Below, piece after piece: positions 42,636 to 50,808 of a stretch of DNA of 64,000 bases. Both the position numbers and the translations under genes were made by a program. Every line of letters starts with the position of its first letter. Position 1 is the stretch's first letter. The notes beneath the pieces are model-generated. The model saw only the letters and a list, made by a program, of their open reading frames with translations, ran no database searches and was not told the DNA's origin. Origin of the DNA: an uncultured Saprospiraceae bacterium. GTDB taxonomy: Bacteria; Bacteroidota; Bacteroidia; Chitinophagales; Saprospiraceae. The DNA lies in NCBI GenBank assembly GCA_937944245.1, contig CALDYY010000016.1:10762-74761 (forward strand), in the 5' to 3' direction.

Positions 42636-43255
42636 TTAGTTTTTAAATAATTGCTCAAACTTTAAGAACTTAGTTTCTATGTAGAAAATATCCCATTCTC
42701 TAAATTCATAATTCCCTAAGTTTTTAGCTCTTGTAAAAAAGAAATATTTACCATCCCGTGAAAATCGTGGACAACTCTCCTCATCTTCTGAATTAACCTT
42801 AGCTCCGATAGACACTGCTTTACCCCAACCTGATTTGCCTCGTTTTGAAATGAAAATATCTTCGCCACCAACACCACCAGGAGCACCGTAGGAATTGAAT
42901 ACCAAATACTTACTATCAGGAGAAACGACTGCGGAATAAATCCAATACTTGGCATCATCAAAAATGCCACTTATTTCAACGGGACTAGAAAATTCGCCAT
43001 TTTTATATTTTGTTTCATATAATTTTATCGCTTTTTCTCCACGAATCATTGAGGTATAATAGAAAGTTTCATTGTCCAGAGGAAAGAAAAAGTTGTTGTT
43101 TGAAGAAGGCCACTGCTCTTCTTCAATTTGAACATCATTTATAATGGTATAGCTTCCGCAACGCTCCCCGTTGAATAATCAATGAAATTTGATTTCTGAA
43201 TGGTCTTACAGCTAAACATTGTTACAAGTGCAAATCCTATTATCGTCTTATTCAT
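42636..43255 (-). pseudogene. frameshifted PD40/TolB-like beta-propeller lipoprotein
   Basis: The ATG at 43255 opens MNKTIIGFALVTMFSCKT (lipobox), and this frame stops after about 35 codons. A second frame, open from about 43165, continues into the 137-codon ORF (DIFISKRGKSGWGKAVSIG..NSEDEESCPRFSRDGKYFFF). The 620-nt span is not a multiple of 3. Confidence 0.6.
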
Positions 43256-43502
43256 TTTTTGCTGCGATATTGATTGAACAGCAAAAATGCAGTTTATTTT
43301 TTTGTTGAACCAACACAAGATAATTTAATAGGGAATTACTAACCTATTAAGACTTTTCAGATTTATCTTTCTTGGAATCTGTTTTTTTGGAAAAAATATT
43401 TATTGTGGCATTTTCTTTTCCGCTTTTACCTTCTTTTTTATAAGAGGACAAAGGCTTAACTTTGACTTTAGACTTATCAGCGGTTGCTTTTTTATGATTC
43501 TT

Positions 43503-43658
43503 AGAGCTTGTTCAAAAATTTTCTTTAAGTGAAAATCAATAGTTTGTGGTTCTGACAATAGGAAGGCGAGGGAATTTAGCGGGCTAAATGACTAAGCCTT
43601 ACTGAAGTCAGATTCATAAAATATTGATTTTCAGTAATTAAAAATTTAAACATGCTCT
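43503..43658. repeat. long imperfect inverted repeat (arms ~40 nt) around a ~80-nt core
   Basis: Outer AGAGC/GCTCT (43503-43507 / 43654-43658) and a perfect inner 12-mer TGAAAATCAATA/TATTGATTTTCA (43530-43541 / 43622-43633). Partially paired A/T-rich stretches lie between them. Confidence 0.6.
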
Positions 43659-43714
43659 TACTTCCTTTATCCTTGCTCATAGCCAATCATTTTATCGTGA
43701 AATCATTTTCATTA

Positions 43715-43781
43715 GGTAAATGATGGCTCGTTTAAAAATGGAATATGTTATATAATTTCTGTAATAAGTTATATAATTCAC
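43715..43781 (-). promoter_or_regulatory. stress-island promoter module, copy C (degenerate -7 element)
   Basis: Minus strand reads GTGAATTATATAACTTATTACAGAAATTATATAACA. It has two TATAAC half-sites 21 bp apart. A 34-codon ORF starts 35 nt downstream. Confidence 0.45.
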
Positions 43782-43802
43782 GGATGATTCAATTATTCAT
43801 TT

Positions 43803-44168
43803 CTATTCAAATCCACTTTTTATCACAGTCGCAATCATTTTAAAACGTCCATTGGCTTTTATGTGATTGGCTGTATGGGCAGGTATTACAATGGATTGAC
43901 CCGTAACAAGCAAATTGGACTTACCGCTAATAACAATTTCGGCGCTACCCTCAATAATTTGTGCAAAAGTGTCAAAGGGTGTTGTTTGCTCTATTAATCC
44001 TTCCCCACTATCAAAAGACATTACACTTACGTTACCTGTTGATTTTTTTAGAATTGTTTTTATAACTACAGCATTAGGAATATATTCTATAATTTCAACG
44101 GTGATATATACTTTAGCTTTCTCTACTTCGACTGAATCCATAATTAAATAATTGGTTGAAATTTTCAT
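43803..44168 (-). CDS. cupin-domain protein
   Basis: About 120 aa of beta-rich sequence, GEGLIEQTTPFDTFAQIIEGSAEIVISG...IVIPAHTANHIKA, typical of small cupins. Confidence 0.65.
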   Translation of the reverse strand: MKISTNYLIMDSVEVEKAKVYITVEIIEYIPNAVVIKTILKKSTGNVSVMSFDSGEGLIEQTTPFDTFAQIIEGSAEIVISGKSNLLVTGQSIVIPAHTANHIKANGRFKMIATVIKSGFE

Positions 44169-44241
44169 GTGGTACTACTTACTCGTGAAGAGAAGCGATT
44201 GTATAACTCGCTTCTCCTTAGTTAGTTTTTATCGTTTCCTA

Positions 44242-44385
44242 CTAAGCATCCTGCAAGTTTTCCTTAGCTGCTGTTACCTCTGTTCGAGCATCTTCTACTT
44301 TCTGATTAGGCGATTTACAACCTGTAAAAATTGTGCCTGCAAAGAACGTTGTTGCTATGGCTAAAATAAAAAATACTTTTTTCAT
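44242..44385 (-). CDS. 47-aa lipoprotein (not in the ORF track)
   Basis: MKKVFFILAIATTFFAGTIFTGCKSPNQKVEDARTEVTAAKENLQDA has a signal peptide plus lipobox. I translated it by hand. Confidence 0.5.
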   Translation of the reverse strand: MKKVFFILAIATTFFAGTIFTGCKSPNQKVEDARTEVTAAKENLQDA

Positions 44386-44479
44386 TATAAATCAATTTAA
44401 AATATTAAATACCTTTATAAAAATTAAAAGAGTACCACTTCCAATTTTTTTTGGAAGCGATACTTTTATGAGTAGCCTA

Positions 44480-44668
44480 CTAAAGCTCACCCATGATGTC
44501 GCGTAATTCTTTCTCTGTTTTACCAAGTTTTATTTGGAGTTTACCAAGCATCTCGTCTTTCTTACCTTCTTCAAACATCAAATCGTTATCGGTTAACTCT
44601 GCAAACATTTGCTTAAGTTTTCCTTTTTGTTCGTTCCAGTTCCCTTTTAATTCAGTCTTGTTTATCAT
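44480..44668 (-). CDS. CsbD-family general stress protein
   Basis: [42 protein letters not shown] is the classic CsbD pattern. Confidence 0.85.
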   Translation of the reverse strand: MINKTELKGNWNEQKGKLKQMFAELTDNDLMFEEGKKDEMLGKLQIKLGKTEKELRDIMGEL

Positions 44669-44704
44669 CTTTTTTAGTTATTTAATTATAAAATAATTTT
44701 TACA

Positions 44705-44770
44705 ATACAAAAGTGCTTATTTTATAATTCTCTTACCTTACACAACTCTTTGAATAAGTTATATCATTCC
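44705..44770 (-). promoter_or_regulatory. stress-island promoter module, copy A (upstream of csbD-like gene)
   Basis: Minus strand reads GGAATGATATAACTTATTCAAAGAGTTGTGTAAGG, then N20, then CACTTTTGTAT. The ATG lies 37 nt downstream. Confidence 0.55.
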
Positions 44771-44892
44771 TACATATCATCTTTTTGATTATGAATTATA
44801 AGTGGTGAATTATAGATGGTAGGTTAGTTATTTCATGGTGAATGAGCTAAAAGAAAGGTATGTTGTACTGCTCATTTTAAAAAGTAGAATCA

Positions 44893-45453
44893 TTAAATAT
44901 CCTCTAGGTTCTTTCTTCTTTTTCGGTTTAACTGTTTATAAAAAGAAGGAGCAAGCCCTGTAATTTTCTTGAATTGGTTGGATAGGTGTGCGACGCTACT
45001 GTAATCTAACCGATATGAAATTTCTGTAAGCGTAAGCTCGTCATATAACAAGTATTCCTTTACTTTTTCAATCTTATGTAAAATAATAAATTGTTGTATA
45101 GTAATGCCTTTTACTTCGGAGAAGATACCAGATAGGTATGTATAATCGTAATCCAATTTTTCACTAATGTAATCAGAATAATTTACTCTTGGAAATTCAT
45201 CAGCATAATGAATCATTTCTATAATTACATTCTTTATTTTTTCAATCAGAATACTTTTTTTATCATCCATTAATTCTAATCCAGATTTCAATAAATTTCT
45301 TCCGAGTTGTTCACGTTGTGCTTCTGTTATATCTTCCAGAACATCAACCATTCCTAAATCTAAGACGATATAGTTCAATCCAAGTTTTTTCAATTCCTCT
45401 TTTACCATCATTTTACAACGCAAACTGACCATGTATTTGATGTAGAGTCTCAT
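44893..45453 (-). CDS. AraC-family transcriptional regulator (short, Bacteroidota type)
   Basis: C-terminal dual HTH: YISEKLDYDYTYLSGIFSEVKGITIQQF...EISYRLDYSSVAHLSNQFKKITGLAPSFY. Confidence 0.85.
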   Translation of the reverse strand: MRLYIKYMVSLRCKMMVKEELKKLGLNYIVLDLGMVDVLEDITEAQREQLGRNLLKSGLELMDDKKSILIEKIKNVIIEMIHYADEFPRVNYSDYISEKLDYDYTYLSGIFSEVKGITIQQFIILHKIEKVKEYLLYDELTLTEISYRLDYSSVAHLSNQFKKITGLAPSFYKQLNRKRRKNLEDI

Positions 45454-45750
45454 TGTGTTACATTTTTTATAGTTTGTCTTTAGCTTATAGACTAATATTT
45501 TTTAAGTGTCCACTGTATTATTAGTTTTATGAAAATGCCTTTTATTAATATTTGCAAGGTATCCTTTTTTATAGAAAGTAAATAAAAGAGGAATCGCTGT
45601 ATTGAGGTTAATGCTAATAATTTTTAGAGAAGAGACAAATAGGATATGATACTTAAAATAAAGATATAAGAATTAACAGACTTACATTAAAACTAGATTG
45701 AACTTTACTTTTTTGAACAGTTTTTTTCAATGTTAAACGAATGTCTAATT

Positions 45751-45782
45751 ACACAAAACCTACCAAAAGGTAGGTTTTGTGT
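45751..45782 (-). terminator. terminator of the beta-barrel gene 45799-46395
   Basis: ACACAAAACCTACC-AAAA-GGTAGGTTTTGTGT, a perfect 14-bp stem. Confidence 0.6.
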
Positions 45783-45798
45783 GAAAGAAATTTTAACA

Positions 45799-46395
45799 CT
45801 AGAACTTATAACCTAAAGAGACCTGACCAACTGCATTTTTGCCGTCACCTAGTAATATTTGAGCATTGTCCTTAGTTACGTCTATGAAGCCTTGAATATA
45901 TCGAACTCCAACCAATAATTTATTGAAGTTATAACTTAGCCCAGCCGTGAGACCTGCATCGAATTTTTTGAAAGCATCAACAATAATAGCATTATTACCG
46001 AACACCTTATAATCTGATGTAGATAATAAATAGGATGCAAAAGGACCTACCTGCAAATCAAACGCATCTAACTTAAAAGCCACTGGCAGCAATAAGTCCA
46101 CATAACTCATATTCAGTGTTTTACGCTCGTTGAGCAGCTTGAAAGCAGCACCTTTGAGTGAATAACTCAATTCAGGTTGTACCGACATAAAATCAGTTAT
46201 AACAGGTACATCTGCAAAAACACCCGCATGAAAACCGAATCGCTCACTTTTATCAGGCGACCTTTCAAAAGAGATATTACTTGCATTTAATCCACCTCGT
46301 ACTCCAACACCAACTTGAGCTAGTGAGATAGTAGTAACTAGTGTCAAAACTCCATAAACCATTGCTATCCTGATAAGTACATATCTGTTTTTCAT
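45799..46395 (-). CDS. small outer-membrane beta-barrel (porin-family) protein
   Basis: Signal peptide, alternating amphipathic strands, and C-terminal SLGYKF. Confidence 0.75.
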   Translation of the reverse strand: MKNRYVLIRIAMVYGVLTLVTTISLAQVGVGVRGGLNASNISFERSPDKSERFGFHAGVFADVPVITDFMSVQPELSYSLKGAAFKLLNERKTLNMSYVDLLLPVAFKLDAFDLQVGPFASYLLSTSDYKVFGNNAIIVDAFKKFDAGLTAGLSYNFNKLLVGVRYIQGFIDVTKDNAQILLGDGKNAVGQVSLGYKF

Positions 46396-46421
46396 AAAAT
46401 GAATTTAGCTTAATAGAAAAG

Positions 46422-46449
46422 CTAATGCCAAATGATTATTCGGCATTAG
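46422..46449 (-). terminator. terminator of the OmpA-family gene
   Basis: CTAATGCC-12 nt-GGCATTAG, followed on the minus strand by CTTTTCTATT. Confidence 0.5.
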
Positions 46450-46541
46450 TTAAATAATATTTAAATATTTATTGGTATGTTTTCTCATCGAATATAAAAA
46501 CCAAGAATAGTTAAAAGATGGTTGATTTAAGCAAGTCTATA

Positions 46542-47246
46542 CTATTGCCCAACTTCTTTTCTCACTTCTGATTTCATTTTCTCACTTGCGTAAATAGCAA
46601 TTTCTACTCTACGATTTTGCGCTCGATTTTCTTCCGTATCGTTAGGGAATGCTGGCTGCTCTTCGCCCTCTCCTTTAATTCTAAGACGATTACTAGCAAC
46701 TCCTAATGATGCTAGATAATTAGATACTGCTGCCGCCCTATTTTCTGACAAGGTTTGATTAAAGGAATTAGAGCCAACATTGTCCGTATGACCCACAATA
46801 AGCAAGTCGGTATCTGGATATTCTAGCAGCGTTTTCGCAAAATTCCTAAGGGCTATTTTATTGGTTTCCTTTAACGTTGCTTTGCCAAAGTCAAACAATA
46901 ATTGGCTGTTGAAGGTCAACTTGATTCCCTCGCCAACTCGTTCTACTGTCGCTGTGTTTCCCAGACTTTCTTCCAGTTCCTTCGCTTGCTTATCCATTTT
47001 ATTTCCAATAATAACGCCAATAGCGCCACCTGCTGTTGCTCCTATAATAGCACCCAGTGCAGTATTCTTGCTTTTATTACCGATAATGCCACCAATTACA
47101 GCACCAGAAGAGGCACCAACTATGGCACCTTTCTCTTTTTTGTTCATACTGGATTTATCTGTTGTATCGGTCTGAGCCTTTTGGGCGTTCTTACATCCAA
47201 CCAATAAAGTAGCTAGTATCACTAAAGAAAAGAGTATTTTTTTCAT
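46542..47246 (-). CDS. OmpA-family lipoprotein with glycine-zipper segment
   Basis: Lipobox LLVGC, a GAIVGASSGAVIGGIIG zipper, and OmpA_C motifs VGHTDNVGS..NQTLSENRAAAV..NRRVEI. Confidence 0.88.
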   Translation of the reverse strand: MKKILFSLVILATLLVGCKNAQKAQTDTTDKSSMNKKEKGAIVGASSGAVIGGIIGNKSKNTALGAIIGATAGGAIGVIIGNKMDKQAKELEESLGNTATVERVGEGIKLTFNSQLLFDFGKATLKETNKIALRNFAKTLLEYPDTDLLIVGHTDNVGSNSFNQTLSENRAAAVSNYLASLGVASNRLRIKGEGEEQPAFPNDTEENRAQNRRVEIAIYASEKMKSEVRKEVGQ

Positions 47247-47336
47247 AATTATTTTACTTTAGTATTATTCTAAAACTAAATACGATTGCTGGAATATATT
47301 CCCCATGAAATTATTGCAAAGTTAAACATATTTAGT

Positions 47337-47522
47337 TTATATTTTGATGTCCATTAATTCATTTAGAAGTCCAAAAGCACGTAGTAGCCAAAATATAACA
47401 GCTATGATAACCACTACATTAAGAATATTTTTGATTTTGCGATCCATTGGTATATAAGTGTTTACAAGCCAAAGCAGTACACCTACTACAACTAGAGTAA
47501 TTAAAACATTTACTAAAGGCAT
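47337..47522 (-). CDS. small two-TM membrane protein (Thivi_2564-like)
   Basis: MPLVNVLITLVVVGVLLWLVNTYIPMD.KIKNILNVVVIIAVIFWLL resembles that small-protein family as I recall it. Confidence 0.55.
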   Translation of the reverse strand: MPLVNVLITLVVVGVLLWLVNTYIPMDRKIKNILNVVVIIAVIFWLLRAFGLLNELMDIKI

Positions 47523-47625
47523 AATAAAAAATTTGAAGTGATGAAAATTAGATTAATATGTTATTGTTCTTTATTTTCAATGGTATCTTTTCAATACTCA
47601 AGCAAGGTCTTTTTATAAAGGAAAG

Positions 47626-48048
47626 CTATAATTTTTCCTTTTCTCCGAGTCGAGGTGTTTTCTTACCGAAGAGTTTTCTAAATAGAAAAGCACCAATTGA
47701 TTTTATACCCCCTGCATTTTTTGAAACAAGGCTTATTACGACTATTTCTAGTAGCGTTCCGAATAATTGCTTTAATGGATTGCGTGTGTTACCCACAACC
47801 ACTTTCTTGGAAACATAGCCCATGGCAAGTCCTATGGTTACGTCCAAAAGATTTCCTTTGATACTAGGGGTTGTTACTAATTGATTGACCGTACTTTTAA
47901 TTAAGTTAATAGGTTTTAAACTCTGATATACAGACTTTAATTCTTGTTTAAATGCTTTTCCCTCCCTTGCTTGCTCCATTTCGAGAGAAGTAATTAATGC
48001 GTTTAATGCTACGGTAGAAGTTATTTTTTTCATGATTAAATTAGTCAA
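47626..48048 (-). CDS. hypothetical protein, third member of a YtxH / holin-like / X unit
   Basis: 140-codon ORF overlapping the upstream gene by 8 nt (or starting at 48033). It has a hydrophobic C-terminal half. Confidence 0.5.
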   Translation of the reverse strand: MTNLIMKKITSTVALNALITSLEMEQAREGKAFKQELKSVYQSLKPINLIKSTVNQLVTTPSIKGNLLDVTIGLAMGYVSKKVVVGNTRNPLKQLFGTLLEIVVISLVSKNAGGIKSIGAFLFRKLFGKKTPRLGEKEKL

Positions 48049-48382
48049 GGGCTTGAGTAATAATTGAATTGCTAATCCACCTTTTAATTGAATTGTGCAA
48101 TAAGAAATGTAAAATAGCTCCTATTATTCCATAAAACCCTGCAACACAAAAGAATCCGTAATAGGATTTACCAAGTAAGTCTCCAAGCCAAAGCGCTACG
48201 CCGACGTTAGCACTAACAAAAAAAATAGAAGCAAATAGAATTGCCAAACTGCGAGAAACAAGTGTTGCCACCACACTTGCTGTCTTATCCAATGCTTTGA
48301 GTTGAAGTAGCTTGTAGCTAACCTTTCCGTATGCTTTTGCACGCTCAAATAAAGGTTCTATAAACGATGTTTTGTCTTCCAT
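48041..48382 (-). CDS. holin-X-like (phage holin family, PF07332-type) membrane protein
   Basis: About 110 aa with two TM segments, ASVVATLVSRSLAILFASIFFV and GFFCVAGFYGIIGAILHFLL. This is the typical partner of YtxH genes. Confidence 0.55.
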   Translation of the reverse strand: MEDKTSFIEPLFERAKAYGKVSYKLLQLKALDKTASVVATLVSRSLAILFASIFFVSANVGVALWLGDLLGKSYYGFFCVAGFYGIIGAILHFLLHNSIKRWISNSIITQALD

Positions 48383-48438
48383 AGGTTTAGATTGTAATGC
48401 AATACAAGATGAACGAAATAAGTTTAATTTAAACTACA

Positions 48439-48464
48439 CCTATAAGGCTTTTAAGCCTTATAGG
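48439..48464 (-). terminator. terminator after the YtxH gene
   Basis: Perfect palindrome CCTATAAGGCTT-TT-AAGCCTTATAGG. Confidence 0.6.
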
Positions 48465-48547
48465 CAGGTAAATCAGACACTTAACAATATAAAAAACACA
48501 CTACCTTTGCGATGCAATTATTGAATTGTGCCGTACCAAACTTAAAT

Positions 48548-48835
48548 TCATGGGTTTTGACCCAATTCATTCTTTGCTTTCGTAACACCATCTTTTACAT
48601 CTTCTTTCCCTTTTTCATAAAAGTTTACAACTTCTTCTCTAGCTGTTTTCAGTCTTTCGTTCAGGCTATGTAAAAGGTCGTCAAAATTGCTTTTCAAATC
48701 ATCTAATGCGTCATTACTTCCTTTAGAAATTTTATGTCTAGTTTTTGAGCCTTTATCTGGGGCAAATAATATACCAAATAACACACCCATAGCTGCACCT
48801 GCTATTATACCTGTTACTATTTTTCCTGAATCCAT
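48548..48835 (-). CDS. YtxH-domain protein
   Basis: GIIAGAAMGVLFGILFAPDKGSKTR followed by a helical tail. Confidence 0.85.
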   Translation of the reverse strand: MDSGKIVTGIIAGAAMGVLFGILFAPDKGSKTRHKISKGSNDALDDLKSNFDDLLHSLNERLKTAREEVVNFYEKGKEDVKDGVTKAKNELGQNP

Positions 48836-48876
48836 AATTATTATTTTTTAATGAATTAATACTTTGATTTTATTAT

Positions 48877-49032
48877 TTATAATACTCTCTTGCCGCTAAT
48901 AACCCTAAATATTACAGCTATAATCGCAATAACAAGAAGAATATGGATAATACCGCCAGCGTTGTATCCAACAAATCCAACTGCCCAAGCAATAACTAGA
49001 ACTACTGCAATAATGTAAAGTAGATTACCCAT
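48877..49032 (-). CDS. lmo0937-family small membrane protein (51 aa, not in the ORF track)
   Basis: Hand translation gives MGNLLYIIAVVLVIAWAVGFVGYNAGGIIHILLVIAIIAVIFRVISGKRVL. It lies 41 nt upstream of the YtxH gene. Confidence 0.65.
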   Translation of the reverse strand: MGNLLYIIAVVLVIAWAVGFVGYNAGGIIHILLVIAIIAVIFRVISGKRVL

Positions 49033-49078
49033 GATGAATTGATTTTAGATGTAAATGAAATAATGAGTTTTAGAATTA

Positions 49079-49134
49079 GTGCAGTATATTATCGCTTTTT
49101 ATATCTTATTATAAATAATGAAAATATACTGCAC
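49079..49134 (-). terminator. hairpin after the beta-barrel gene 49152-49790
   Basis: 12-bp arms GTGCAGTATATT / AATATACTGCAC separated by 32 nt. The large loop makes terminator function uncertain. Confidence 0.4.
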
Positions 49135-49151
49135 AAGGTGTAAGAAGACAA

Positions 49152-49790
49152 TTAGAATTTATATCCTAATGTTCCTTGAATCCAAGTATTTTTATAACGA
49201 GGCGTTGTTGAAGTTCCATCTCCATTGTTTTCTTGAAGATCCCATGCAACTCTTGCACCAACTACAACTTTTCCTAAGTTAATATCAGCACCACCTATAA
49301 ACCCTAAGGTGTTTTTGCGAATATTATCATTGTCAAATTCTCGCTCTTGGTCAATCGTCGCTCCTGCACCTGTGAATTTATTTTTTTGCTTTAATAAGTA
49401 AGAAAATTGAGGACCCGCTACCAACGATAAAAAAGGTACTGGCTTTACCAACAACAAAAGGGGAACATCAACGTAAGTTGTTGTACGAGTCAGGTTGTAA
49501 CTATTGTTCAGTACATTACCTGTTGCCTTAAATCCCTTTTGAGAGAGTAATACTTCTGGTTGTACACCAATATACTTGCTAATAGGAACAGTCAAGAAAA
49601 TACCTCCCACTGCACCCAATTTACCATCTGCGTTAAATGCTTCTCCCTGTGAATCATAAACATTAGAATAATTAGCTCCTAACTTAGCTCCAAAGGAAAA
49701 TTGAGTTCGCATATCTGCATTGCTACTTTGTGCAGTCCCGTCGTAAATTAAAACGATGACTATTGCAAACATTAAAATTATTTTGTTCAT
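49152..49790 (-). CDS. small outer-membrane beta-barrel (porin-family) protein, same family by eye as 45799-46395
   Basis: Signal peptide MNKIILMFAIVIVLIYDGTAQ and C-terminal GTLGYKF. Start at the ATG at 49790, not the ORF-track 49898. Confidence 0.75.
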   Translation of the reverse strand: MNKIILMFAIVIVLIYDGTAQSSNADMRTQFSFGAKLGANYSNVYDSQGEAFNADGKLGAVGGIFLTVPISKYIGVQPEVLLSQKGFKATGNVLNNSYNLTRTTTYVDVPLLLLVKPVPFLSLVAGPQFSYLLKQKNKFTGAGATIDQEREFDNDNIRKNTLGFIGGADINLGKVVVGARVAWDLQENNGDGTSTTPRYKNTWIQGTLGYKF

Positions 49791-49831
49791 TTTCTTAACA
49801 CTTAATTTATACTGTATAATCAATTTTACGG

Positions 49832-49898
49832 ATACAAAAGTGAGGGTTTTTTCTATTAGAAGCGTTACATAACTTTTTGAATAAGTTACATCATTCAC
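49832..49898 (-). promoter_or_regulatory. stress-island promoter module, copy B (upstream of beta-barrel gene)
   Basis: Minus strand reads GTGAATGATGTAACTTATTCAAAAAGTTATGTAACG, then N20, then CACTTTTGTAT. The ATG lies 42 nt downstream. Confidence 0.55.
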
Positions 49899-50062
49899 AT
49901 ATATTATAGTTGAACTACGAATTATTAATTTCGGGTTAATTGCCTAATATGAATTAATCGTGGAGATAGATTGATATTTTGCTTATTGCTTGTTTTCAAA
50001 TCTTACAGCATAAGAGTTAGGACGATTTTTGGGAAAATCATTGTGCGTTAGGAATTTTTACG

Positions 50063-50728
50063 CTATTTTGGCACAAGATTGAGTAGTTCCATTCTCTTCT
50101 TTTGCTGCTTTTGTTGATAAAGTTCATCGTTCAAATGATCTAGGTATAAAATACCGTTCAAATGATCTACTTCATGTTGGAAAATAACTGCTGTGAATCC
50201 ATAAATGGTTTCTTTGTGGTGTGAACCATCTATTTTGTTGTATTCAATCACCACAAAATCATATCTTTCTACCACTGCACGATAATCGGGAATAGATAAA
50301 CAACCTTCGGTCGTTAACTTTGTAGAATCGCTGTACGCTACAATATCTATGTTGAGATAGCATTCAAATGGAAAGGCTTCTTTGTCAAAACGTTGCACCC
50401 ATATAATTTTTCTTGGTATGCCCACTTGTGGTGCAGCAATACCTACACCAAGTGAATTGGGATGGGTAACGGTTTTGTAAAGCCGAGCTATAAAATGGTT
50501 CAGCACTATATCTTGCGTGTCTGGTTTTATGAGCATTGACTTTGTGCGTAAAAAAACAGAATCTACGTAATTGGTGATTTTTAGTACCCGCATTTCTTTA
50601 CTGGTATCCGCTTCTATGATAGTATTCACTTCTGTGGGCGTAAAGGGCTTATTTTCAAATTTTTGTGCATTTAATAATTGATAGAAACCAATACATAGGG
50701 AGATTATTAAAAAGCGGTGATAAAGCAT
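50063..50728 (-). CDS. def: peptide deformylase with an N-terminal signal-peptide-like extension
   Basis: GIAAPQVG, EGCLSIP and HEVDHLNG motifs are all present. The N-terminus is MLYHRFLIISLCIGFYQLLNAQ. Confidence 0.85.
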   Translation of the reverse strand: MLYHRFLIISLCIGFYQLLNAQKFENKPFTPTEVNTIIEADTSKEMRVLKITNYVDSVFLRTKSMLIKPDTQDIVLNHFIARLYKTVTHPNSLGVGIAAPQVGIPRKIIWVQRFDKEAFPFECYLNIDIVAYSDSTKLTTEGCLSIPDYRAVVERYDFVVIEYNKIDGSHHKETIYGFTAVIFQHEVDHLNGILYLDHLNDELYQQKQQKKRMELLNLVPK

Positions 50729-50808
50729 GGTGGCGTTTTTTATTGTAATAGAGAACTACTACGAATTTGCACAAGTTGCAACTGCTTGAAACTTGTGCAA
50801 ATGCTTAA

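Noticed and set aside
43347-43513. Lys-rich open frame on the minus strand (..KKATADKSKVKVKPLSSYKKEGKSGKE..DSKKDKSEKS*)
   Set aside because: There is no in-frame ATG between the upstream TGA and the stop, only a late TTG. It is probably a remnant of a decayed gene or an A-rich artefact.
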